DNA from: a virus
IMG/VR virus record: IMGVR_UViG_3300039008_000027
Location: 1 to 46,152 of that record
Direction: 5' to 3' (one strand)
DNA: 46,152 nucleotides
Shown here: in pieces, positions 26,752 through 34,708 of the stretch
How positions within the stretch are numbered: the first letter of the stretch is position 1
How the letters are laid out: the number at the start of each line of letters is the position of its first letter
The notes under the pieces: model-generated
The model's input: only the letters and a program-made list of their open reading frames with translations
Databases searched by the model: none
What the model was told of the DNA's origin: nothing
Program-made: the position numbers and the translations under genes

Positions 26752-27717
26752 CTAATCCTCCAAAGGTTCGCCTGTTTCCCAGGAGTAGGGTTTTACCCGA
26801 CCATAAGAGAGCTCGGAAACTTCCGGACTCCCTAACCCGATGATGAGCGGGTCGTCGTAGGGTATCTTGACTAGCATACACTCCCTGACTTCAGGAAGCA
26901 AGAACTTTAAATCTTTCTTCCGTATCTGCATCACCAGTGAATCGTGTACCTGAAAAGCTGCTTTAATATAATCCGACTTCCTGATATTACTAATAACCCC
27001 TTTCTTGAACAGCTTCGTTATACGATGCCCTGCCTCTCCCTGTTCCCAGTACCGAACATCCGAGTATCTGTTCCCATTAATCTCCCTTTCAATGTTCATC
27101 CATCCCTGGTTAATCACATTCCCAACAGTACTCTGGGGCACCCAAGCCTGCGCTTCAGCAAGTGTGTTATGGTCAATACGTCCAAGAAATCTCCGCTTGA
27201 ATCCAAACTTGTTCTCGACATATCCACGTCCATAGACTTCCTCTTCAGTCCGCTTATGCCAGTCAACAATCTCGGGGTTAAGTTTGAACCATGTATCAAT
27301 GAAGTCCTGGGCATCTGCAACCGTACAGTCGAGCGCCTTCGCCAAGGTGGGCGCAGTAGTCCTGTAGTTAGTGGCATGTGCGCCAGCCTTGAGCGGCTTC
27401 CTCCATTGGTCTTTTGCCTTGACCATAATGACGCCCCCATCGAGGTGCGTCTCGTACCGTTCAACGGTCTCCCCTTTAATACCCTCGTAGAAAGCAAAAG
27501 CGTTTTCGGAGTGAAAGTCCAGCGCTGGGTCATGAAATATATCCTTCAATCTTTGACAGCCAGATTCCCATGCCACAACCTGAGCATCCGCCTGTTCCAA
27601 GTCCACATCTACATACACGTACCCTGGGTCAGGTACAAAAAGATTCTTAATGTTCGGGAGCTTACAGTCAAAGCCGTAAGTCTTCTCCATATAACTCATC
27701 TTCCCCATCTTACCCAT
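26752..27717 (-). CDS. Family A DNA polymerase, C-terminal part (palm/fingers)
   Basis: Motif A VDVDLEQADAQVVA, motif B KAGAHATNYRTTAPTLA, motif C QVHDSLV. Overlaps the upstream part by 8 nt. Confidence 0.85.
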   Translation of the reverse strand: MGKMGKMSYMEKTYGFDCKLPNIKNLFVPDPGYVYVDVDLEQADAQVVAWESGCQRLKDIFHDPALDFHSENAFAFYEGIKGETVERYETHLDGGVIMVKAKDQWRKPLKAGAHATNYRTTAPTLAKALDCTVADAQDFIDTWFKLNPEIVDWHKRTEEEVYGRGYVENKFGFKRRFLGRIDHNTLAEAQAWVPQSTVGNVINQGWMNIEREINGNRYSDVRYWEQGEAGHRITKLFKKGVISNIRKSDYIKAAFQVHDSLVMQIRKKDLKFLLPEVRECMLVKIPYDDPLIIGLGSPEVSELSYGRVKPYSWETGEPLED

Positions 27718-29419
27718 CTCCTTTCGGTAGGTTCTGCAAGTTCAGGCCGAAGTCAAACACATCACCTGTACTCGCCAATCGTGTAGTACTCGTACCAGCT
27801 AACTTATACATACTTCTCAAGTAATCGTCGAAGTCCGGCACACCTGTCAGGAACGTATCGTAGAACACCCGCATACTCCGGTACATACTAATGCATTCGC
27901 ACAGAGGTTTAAGTATCGGCTCCCTTTGAGCAATAACACTCAACGCATTATCATCAGTACTCGGAACCCACATCTTCTGAGCATTCTTCTTAGTCACAAC
28001 CGGCTGATTAAGTACACCGTAAAACAAATCTTTCAGCTGCGTAGGACTCCGGTAGTACGCTGTCTTAGGATGTCTCGGATAAAGTTCAGGCGGAACTACC
28101 GTCTCCATGAAATCCTCCAAGACTTTCATCTTAGTTTCCAGTTCCTTCCGCTGCTTACGACGTTCATCCCAATCGTACAGATTCCCTCTCAGCATAACCT
28201 TCAAAAGATTCTGCCACATACCATATTGGAATACCCAGCCTTTTTCCATTTCCATAGCTGGGATAACTTCATCCATCAAAACATTCGCTGCGTCCAGAGT
28301 CTTACAACAGTCCTTACCGTTATACAGCAAATAGTTATCCCAACTTTCTTCAGTCGGCTCCCACTTGTCGTCATCTTCCCCGTGACTTTCGTCCTTCCAG
28401 TACTGATGATACTCACAATAGATACTACTGATAACGTGCAACGCCTTCGGAATATCTGTCGTGAAACAACAGTGGTGAGCTATCATTGTATCAGTCCATA
28501 CATGACTTCTAACCCCCCAATGACGGGCGAGGTACTGCGCATCATAGTGATAGTTCTGACCCGCGACTCTAACATTGCGATGCTCGAGTATACTCTTGCA
28601 AAGAGAGACCACTTTGATTTCAGTAGCTTCGGAGAAATAGGGTTCCCAGTTGGGTCTAATAAAGGGAACGACAACAGCGTCTCTGTCTGTCCAGGCAAAT
28701 CCAATTGTACCAATGTAGAATCGTTTTCGAGTTTCGATATCAACTCCGAGTCTGACTTCTTCCCCACCGTCCAGTCGTCCCAAGAGCCACTGAAGTTTTT
28801 CAATTGCCTCATCTTCAGTCGGGTTAATGAGAATATTCCAAGCGGGGTCTGGCCACCCACCTTGCTCAATGCACTCGTCAATTCGAGAAAGGTCTCTTGA
28901 TACAAGATAGCGTAACTGTGTTTGCTTAAATACTCGGGCTGGGGAATGGGTAGGGAGTACTGGTATGGAGACCACACCATCCTCATAGTATTCCATTGAA
29001 CCTCGGAAATCGTCAATGCCGGATTCGCCGAGTACCCCGAAGAGAGCTCCTTCACCAAGAGCGATAATACACTTGGGACGTAGGGACTGAATTTCACCAT
29101 GTAACACCTCTATATAATCCATGAAACCGTGAGTGATATACTTCCCTTTATACTCTACGGCATCGCCTTTCTTAGCTGCGGTCTTAGTCATATAGCAGTT
29201 CTTGATATCATTCTTTGGAGGAATTTCTTTGTACGCATAAGTAGCCGCACACTCCTTTAACTGGATACCAACCTTAATCAACTGCCTTTGCAACTCCAGA
29301 CCGAACCCACTACGGAACGGAATCCCGCTAGGAAAGTCCTTGCTATTCGGCCTCTCCCCTACCAACAGAATCCCGTTCCAGTTTTCTTTCGGAACATATA
29401 ACTTAATAGTCTCTGCCAT
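27710..29419 (-). CDS. Family A DNA polymerase, N-terminal part (UDG-like domain + 3'-5' exonuclease + thumb)
   Basis: N-terminus VGERPNSKDFPSGIPFRSGFGLEL and PVLPTHSPARVF resemble family-4 UDG motifs. Exo-like GVDIET. Ends in TTRLASTG..LNLQNLPKGDG, the pre-motif-A LQNIP block. Confidence 0.8.
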   Translation of the reverse strand: MAETIKLYVPKENWNGILLVGERPNSKDFPSGIPFRSGFGLELQRQLIKVGIQLKECAATYAYKEIPPKNDIKNCYMTKTAAKKGDAVEYKGKYITHGFMDYIEVLHGEIQSLRPKCIIALGEGALFGVLGESGIDDFRGSMEYYEDGVVSIPVLPTHSPARVFKQTQLRYLVSRDLSRIDECIEQGGWPDPAWNILINPTEDEAIEKLQWLLGRLDGGEEVRLGVDIETRKRFYIGTIGFAWTDRDAVVVPFIRPNWEPYFSEATEIKVVSLCKSILEHRNVRVAGQNYHYDAQYLARHWGVRSHVWTDTMIAHHCCFTTDIPKALHVISSIYCEYHQYWKDESHGEDDDKWEPTEESWDNYLLYNGKDCCKTLDAANVLMDEVIPAMEMEKGWVFQYGMWQNLLKVMLRGNLYDWDERRKQRKELETKMKVLEDFMETVVPPELYPRHPKTAYYRSPTQLKDLFYGVLNQPVVTKKNAQKMWVPSTDDNALSVIAQREPILKPLCECISMYRSMRVFYDTFLTGVPDFDDYLRSMYKLAGTSTTRLASTGDVFDFGLNLQNLPKGDG

Positions 29420-29454
29420 TACCCATAAAGCAGGGCTTTCGCCCTGCCCCTCCG

Positions 29455-29937
29455 TTACTTCTGTTCAGAACCTTCTTGGCTATTGCCAGTCAGTACCGCG
29501 CCACACTTGCTAGGTACTGCCATTACAATCGAGTTAAACTCTTCCTGCAACATCTTGATAATAGCTGGGTCATCTTCCACTACCAAGTCACCGGCTTTAA
29601 TCTGCAACTCTTTAAACTTCTCTCGCTTAAAGTCAACCGCCTTACGGTGGTCATGGTTCGGGCGCATAATCAGCAGGGTATATTTAATACCGTACTTCTT
29701 CAGCCAGCGAATCGTCTCTTCCCTGCAAACTTCGCTACGTCCTGTCACCACATAGATAGCATGTCCTGAATGCCAGTAGATATGATGAATCATTTCCCAC
29801 ACAGGACTTATCAGAGTATCGCCTTCGCAAGCTTTATTAAACTCAGCCCACTGTTCAGTCGAGCTCTTATCTTCCGGAATCAGATGCTGACGCCAAGTGT
29901 TATCTGCAACTGAACCATCCAAGTCTAAAACAATCAT
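29455..29937 (-). CDS. HAD-superfamily phosphatase (nucleotidase / PNK-phosphatase-like)
   Basis: 160 aa. Motif I VLDLDGSVAD, motif II VVTGR, Lys and terminal EDD motifs in HAD order. Confidence 0.65.
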   Translation of the reverse strand: MIVLDLDGSVADNTWRQHLIPEDKSSTEQWAEFNKACEGDTLISPVWEMIHHIYWHSGHAIYVVTGRSEVCREETIRWLKKYGIKYTLLIMRPNHDHRKAVDFKREKFKELQIKAGDLVVEDDPAIIKMLQEEFNSIVMAVPSKCGAVLTGNSQEGSEQK

Positions 29938-31301
29938 CCAATCTTCTCCATCTTACGGAGGTCTGCTTCGACCATCCACTTCTCGTTTAATTCCCAGGCG
30001 TGTACAATACAGCCCAACGTATTTGCTGCCGGAAGAATTGGGAAACTACCTGCATTGAAATCCAATACCATGTCTCCCGGATTCGCACTACGCTTCAGCA
30101 AGTCTAGATAAAACTCCGGCGGTTTACCTGCTGCGTGAACATGCCCTGTAACTTGCGGTACGTTAATCAGGTCGTGATAAATCTGCGTAGTTTTCTTATC
30201 TCCCTTATACGCAAACATCACATACTCTGTAGTATAGCGAGGGCCGTGCTCGGGTTTAGGGATACTCCCGATATTCCCTTTATACCAAACAAGGGGACGA
30301 GCCCAGACAGTCCAACCAGCTTCGGCGAATCGAGTTCGCAATCCCTTGATTCTCGAAGGTTTCGTGTTACCCTGTTTAACCTCATAGAAGTCAAAGAATC
30401 TATTAATGTCGCAGCAGAGATACAAGGCCGCATCATCTTTGGCCACTCGATACAATTCATCCGGCATGATGGAGAACATTCTATCCCAGTTCTCCCATGA
30501 GTCATCATACTCGTGATGACTTCCTTTATTGTACTGGGCTCGCTGGAACATATGCATGTCGTCTGCGTTAATACCATAGATTGGGTCAGAGCAGATAACG
30601 TCATAAGTTCCATCGGAGATCTCTTTGATGAGTTCGCAGCAATCTCCATTCTTAATAGTGTGCTCGCTAGCGACGTCTTTGAATTGTTCTGAAAGTTTTT
30701 CACGTTTCTTCCGCTCCATATCTTTCTTAATAATTCTATCCGCCTCACTCGCAGACTTCGCCTTAGCCACACGCTCATCGTCAGCATACTCTTCACGCAG
30801 CGAAGCCATGTCCACTTTGTTCTTAGTATCATACACCTTACCCTGACTCGGCTCTTCAATGCCCTGCGCCCGCAACATTTCTTCAGCCACTTCCTTATGG
30901 CTAACCTTCTTACCACCTGCCTTCAGCTCAGCCATGCGTTTAATCTTCAGGATAGCTTTATCCTTCTGTTGCCAAGTCAAGTCTAGACGAAGCGCATTCT
31001 CCAGCAACTCAGCTTCCTGTGCTAGAATCTCATCGCACTCGTCTATAGTGGTATATGGAATGCAGCCGACCGGAACTTCAGCTCCGTCACACTTAAACGT
31101 CTCTCCGTTCTTGTACAGAAAGGCCGCTGCCTTGGTACGTGACTCGCCTGCAACCAGAGTTGCGTGGTCATCTCGAAGGACAATCGGGTGAAGCAGCCCG
31201 ACCTTAAGAATCCCTGCTGCGAGTTGCTTGCAATGTGCCTCTGGAACTTCATCACGTTGACGCCCCTCGATTACAATCTTATCCAGTTCAATATACTTCA
31301 T
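29934..31301 (-). CDS. ParB-like N-terminal domain fused to a DNA methyltransferase (N6-A/N4-C, beta class)
   Basis: 455 aa. ParB-type IVIEGRQRDE...LLHPIVL...LVAGESRTKAA. Motif IV variant SDPIYG followed by C-terminal motif I VLDFNAGSF. Confidence 0.75.
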   Translation of the reverse strand: MKYIELDKIVIEGRQRDEVPEAHCKQLAAGILKVGLLHPIVLRDDHATLVAGESRTKAAAFLYKNGETFKCDGAEVPVGCIPYTTIDECDEILAQEAELLENALRLDLTWQQKDKAILKIKRMAELKAGGKKVSHKEVAEEMLRAQGIEEPSQGKVYDTKNKVDMASLREEYADDERVAKAKSASEADRIIKKDMERKKREKLSEQFKDVASEHTIKNGDCCELIKEISDGTYDVICSDPIYGINADDMHMFQRAQYNKGSHHEYDDSWENWDRMFSIMPDELYRVAKDDAALYLCCDINRFFDFYEVKQGNTKPSRIKGLRTRFAEAGWTVWARPLVWYKGNIGSIPKPEHGPRYTTEYVMFAYKGDKKTTQIYHDLINVPQVTGHVHAAGKPPEFYLDLLKRSANPGDMVLDFNAGSFPILPAANTLGCIVHAWELNEKWMVEADLRKMEKIG

Positions 31302-31825
31302 TACTCTTTACCTTCTTCCAACGCTTTACCAGCTGCAAGAATACCGTCATCAGTAATACCCGTCGAACCGAAACCTGCTTCACCACGCTCCGTCTCGTCC
31401 AGTACTTCAACAACTTCAAACTCTGCTCTCACCACCGGAGCAATAACGAACTGAGCAACCCGGTCTCCCTGCTTAACAACGAAAGCTTCCGTCGGATGCT
31501 CATTAGTTAACGAGACTTTAATCTCGCCTCGGTAGTCGGCGTCAATTGTTCCGTGGAAACCGCGTACTCGGTCTTTAAACCACATACCCGAGCGACTACG
31601 AACTTGTCCCTCAAAACCCACTGGCAACGCCACGGCGATTCCTGTAGCGATATCCACAGATTGCCCAGGCATAATAGCAACGGACTCAATAGAACGTAAA
31701 TCGCAACCAGCTGCCAGTTCCGACTTATACTCAGGAATAACGGTGATGCCTTCCGGCCAGCTCGCATCGTTGTATGCAGCGCGAGCACCATCTGTTTCTT
31801 GAATTTTAATTTGCTGGACATTCAT
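31301..31825 (-). CDS. dut: dUTPase (trimeric type)
   Basis: AAGCDLRS, GTIDADYRGEI, GDRVAQ and RGEAGFGSTG motifs. ATG 31825 is preferred over track start 31837 (GGAG RBS). Confidence 0.9.
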   Translation of the reverse strand: MNVQQIKIQETDGARAAYNDASWPEGITVIPEYKSELAAGCDLRSIESVAIMPGQSVDIATGIAVALPVGFEGQVRSRSGMWFKDRVRGFHGTIDADYRGEIKVSLTNEHPTEAFVVKQGDRVAQFVIAPVVRAEFEVVEVLDETERGEAGFGSTGITDDGILAAGKALEEGKE

Positions 31826-31851
31826 ATAATACTCCAATATTTTTTAATGAG

Positions 31852-31883
31852 AAAAAAAAAGGGAAGGGAAAAATCCCCTCCCC
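31852..31883 (-). terminator. Intrinsic terminator after the SSB gene
   Basis: The minus strand reads GGGGAGGG-GATTTTT-CCCTTCCC followed by a T9 run. Confidence 0.7.
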
Positions 31884-31915
31884 TTTATAGGACTTGCTAA
31901 CCTACGCTAACAATA

Positions 31916-32401
31916 TTACTCTTCGTCTTCGTCGTCACCCGCTGGGTTGTACACACCGGAACAAACTGCATACGGGTCGCCGTCATTGTTGAACTGGTGT
32001 TTAACACGGAAGCCAACTGGCGCGCCTTTCATATCCATTGGACTCCAGGCTTCGTCGCTGTTCTGGCCACAAGCCTGACGAAGTTTACCAAGCTTGATGT
32101 TCTTACCTTCTGAAACATCCAGATTACCGTTGTCATCCAAATCCAGGAACTCTTCCCAACGAACCTGCGGCTCTTGGTCATCACCCAGCTTCATATCTGC
32201 CGCTACGTTAGGGTCAGTGTTGATGATGATAGCCTGCAGACGAACCCACAATTTACCAGACTCTTTAGCAGTACCTGAAGTAATTTTCAGGTCTTTAATC
32301 TGACCTTCATCCCAATCACCTTCAGGGTGTGGAACACGTTTAGTGTCCAGTTTAGCTTCAACAGTTTGTTGTAGGAATGAATCAGCATTAAATTTAGCCA
32401 T
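31916..32401 (-). CDS. Single-stranded DNA-binding protein (T7 gp2.5-like)
   Basis: 161 aa with an acidic C-terminal tail AGDDEDEE. Sits between the recombination and replication genes and is flanked by its own terminator. Confidence 0.65.
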   Translation of the reverse strand: MAKFNADSFLQQTVEAKLDTKRVPHPEGDWDEGQIKDLKITSGTAKESGKLWVRLQAIIINTDPNVAADMKLGDDQEPQVRWEEFLDLDDNGNLDVSEGKNIKLGKLRQACGQNSDEAWSPMDMKGAPVGFRVKHQFNNDGDPYAVCSGVYNPAGDDEDEE

Positions 32402-32481
32402 GATATATACTCTCTATGTTACGCACTACGTGCTTAGGTTAAACGCCTCTCGGCTTGAAAAAACTTTTTAAAACTTAAAAC

Positions 32482-32787
32482 TTACTGAAGGGTTACGCCT
32501 TCGTCGTCGTCCAGCGCCACACTATAAATAGCTGCTTCATTTACCAGAACGAACGCATAAGGTTCGCCCTCGCTGAAGTGACTATCCATAACCATGCCCG
32601 CTCCAAATCGGACTGTTCGGTTAATCAGCTTCTTGCCTTCCCGAACAAGTTGTCCACATGATACAACCACGCCTTGAGGCTCGATACTATTTTGTCCGCC
32701 TCCAACAAGCGCGATACCACCTTCACTTACTTCAGGGTTGCGAATGCGAATCATTACATTCGCTCCCCATGCTGCAAACTTACTCAT
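32482..32787 (-). CDS. GroES/Cpn10-like small beta-barrel protein (putative co-chaperonin)
   Basis: 101 aa from ATG 32787. VMIRIRNPEVSEGGIALVGGGQNSIEPQGVVVSCG aligns by eye to GroES [27 protein letters not shown], and the C-terminal strand pattern is similar. Confidence 0.5.
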   Translation of the reverse strand: MSKFAAWGANVMIRIRNPEVSEGGIALVGGGQNSIEPQGVVVSCGQLVREGKKLINRTVRFGAGMVMDSHFSEGEPYAFVLVNEAAIYSVALDDDEGVTLQ

Positions 32788-33652
32788 CAACTTCCTCTGC
32801 TTTCGCATAACGACTTGCCCACTTCTCGACAAGAGGAACAAAGTCAGGTTTTAATTTAGAAGAACGCTGCAGGTTACGTGTCTTGAGCTGCATGTTCTTC
32901 GCCTCCGTAGACCAGCTAAACTTACTACCCTCATCCGTCGCCAGAACAACATCCGAGAAGTGTTTACCAAAGTCATACGTATTCTTATTACCCAGCACTT
33001 TAGGGTACTTGTAAATACGTCCCTCAACCTCATCCTTATTAAGTTCCAGATGAGCAACCAATACAAACATAGCCGTCAGACTATTAACACACTGGTTAAT
33101 GAAACGCATCTCCGCATCCATCGCGATACCCCAGTCCGCAATTGTCTTAACTGGTTTCGCACCAACAACTAAGTCCATACACATAGTGTTGATACCACTC
33201 AGCCCGTCAATTACCAGACAACGGTCATTGCCCCACTCCGTTGCGTTACCATAGCTCACGCCATGCTGGTCAACAAAGTCCTCACACAAGCCAATCAGGT
33301 CAATCATCTGTTGATACTTCTGATTGTCAATACCTTTCTCGCCCTGCATATCCTTCTGAGTGCTGCGGTTAATAGTCTTGGCAATCTTCTTCAGGCTACC
33401 AAAACCTGGGCTACCCGCACTAACACGAGCCCAATGCAACTTGTCCATCGGAGCTTCTGTTTCAATACAAGCTTCCAGCAAACTTTCTTTACCCTGCTCG
33501 GTAAAGATAACGAAAACTTCCAGACCCGCCTTCAACAGACTCGCAAGCGCATAAGTTTTACCCGCGCCAGGCTGTCCCATCAGCAATACCTTCGGAGCTT
33601 CTTCATTCTCCGGTACGCCCTTAAATAAAACAGCTTCTTTAGCTTCACTCAT
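32780..33652 (-). CDS. RecA-fold / AAA_24-like ATPase (Sak4-like recombination protein)
   Basis: Walker A MGQPGAGKTY, Walker B CLVIDGLSG. ATG 33652 with a GGAGAG RBS (track start TTG 33670). Confidence 0.65.
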   Translation of the reverse strand: MSEAKEAVLFKGVPENEEAPKVLLMGQPGAGKTYALASLLKAGLEVFVIFTEQGKESLLEACIETEAPMDKLHWARVSAGSPGFGSLKKIAKTINRSTQKDMQGEKGIDNQKYQQMIDLIGLCEDFVDQHGVSYGNATEWGNDRCLVIDGLSGINTMCMDLVVGAKPVKTIADWGIAMDAEMRFINQCVNSLTAMFVLVAHLELNKDEVEGRIYKYPKVLGNKNTYDFGKHFSDVVLATDEGSKFSWSTEAKNMQLKTRNLQRSSKLKPDFVPLVEKWASRYAKAEEVDE

Positions 33653-33710
33653 TCCAAACTCTCCAATCAATCACATTAAATAATGTGGTACGTTGTAAAT
33701 GATATAATGT

Positions 33711-33739
33711 ATAGTACAACGCACCTCCCTTACTCGCAA
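33711..33739 (-). promoter_or_regulatory. Sigma70-like promoter (TTGCGA-N17-TACTAT) on the minus strand
   Basis: -35 is the reverse complement of 33734-33739 and -10 of 33711-33716. Overlaps a 9/10 copy of ATTATATAAT (atgatataat, 33699-33708). Confidence 0.4.
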
Positions 33740-33742
33740 GAA

Positions 33743-33955
33743 TTATTTCTTACTCTGCTTACGGATATTACGTCTCCGTCTGGCTTCACGTTTCTGTTGA
33801 GCAGTCCCGCTTTTCTTGCCCCCATTCCCTTTACTTACCACTCGGCAGAACTGACCAGTCGCATGATTATAACCCACATCCACAGGACGCTGCACCGTAT
33901 TCAAACCCAGGGTTGCAGCCAACGCTGCGAGGATACCTTTACTTGTACCAAACAT
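33743..33955 (-). CDS. Small hypothetical protein with a basic C-terminus
   Basis: 70 aa from ATG 33955 (GGAG RBS, just after the upstream stop). Hydrophobic N-terminus, tail KKSGTAQQKREARRRRNIRKQSKK. Confidence 0.5.
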   Translation of the reverse strand: MFGTSKGILAALAATLGLNTVQRPVDVGYNHATGQFCRVVSKGNGGKKSGTAQQKREARRRRNIRKQSKK

Positions 33956-33956
33956 A

Positions 33957-34367
33957 TTATAAATCTCCAGTTTTCTTAGAACCAATTGACAGGAAAGTTC
34001 CTTCTGAAACCATGTCACTCCCGTCTCTGAACACCGCTGGCTCTACCATACCTTCAAGCCAGTAATCATACATCAAGCAGAAGTCGTGCTTGTAAACACC
34101 TTCACTCCACTCAATACCAAACCTATCAATGTAAGGAGTCTCTCGAATAAAGAGACCGCCTCCATGTTCTCGACATACATGGTTCGTAGTCGAGTGTCTC
34201 ACGGGATAAATAGCCTTAACCAGAACCTTGCCCCAAACCTTCCCGCAGATAGGGCAGAACAGATGTGTGTGCCCAGGTTTCCAGAACGCAGCCGAGTCGT
34301 AAGTAATCTCAGCAGTTCCTATCTGTTCATCTCCAACAAACACATCCGCAGGCACACACTTCTTCAT
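33957..34367 (-). CDS. Hypothetical Cys/His-rich protein
   Basis: 136 aa from ATG 34367 (AAGGAGG RBS 8 nt upstream). CPICGK...HVCREH suggests zinc binding. Confidence 0.6.
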   Translation of the reverse strand: MKKCVPADVFVGDEQIGTAEITYDSAAFWKPGHTHLFCPICGKVWGKVLVKAIYPVRHSTTNHVCREHGGGLFIRETPYIDRFGIEWSEGVYKHDFCLMYDYWLEGMVEPAVFRDGSDMVSEGTFLSIGSKKTGDL

Positions 34368-34380
34368 GGCTTGCGCCTCC

Positions 34381-34707
34381 TTAATTATTGTTGAAAACCT
34401 TACAGAGCTTAGCGCGAGTCCACTTAGACTCGTAGTCCTTGTAAGAATCTTCAGTTGTAAATCGAATGGTACGAACAAACTGAAGCTCTCCATTCCAGCG
34501 ATGCTCATACTGAATTGAAAACCCATCTATGCGATGCTTTACTCCGAGTACGTCTAACAAATCCTTGGTTTTACGCCGCAGATACTCACAATCAAAAACA
34601 CCGTTAGGAGTTATTACAATGTAAGTATTAGTTTCCTTGTCGTTAAACATATCATCGAGAAGTTTTACTAACATTCGAGTAGTTGCACCTGTGTTACGTT
34701 TACTCAT
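34381..34707 (-). CDS. Hypothetical protein
   Basis: 108 aa. Start lies 1 nt after the upstream stop. No motif recognised. Confidence 0.65.
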   Translation of the reverse strand: MSKRNTGATTRMLVKLLDDMFNDKETNTYIVITPNGVFDCEYLRRKTKDLLDVLGVKHRIDGFSIQYEHRWNGELQFVRTIRFTTEDSYKDYESKWTRAKLCKVFNNN

Positions 34708-34708
34708 G

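Noticed and set aside
26944-28900. Long plus-strand ORFs (26944..27786, 280 aa; 27926..28900, 324 aa) opposite the DNA polymerase genes
   Set aside because: The polymerase motifs on the minus strand are unambiguous. The plus-frame products are low-complexity with no motifs or RBS.
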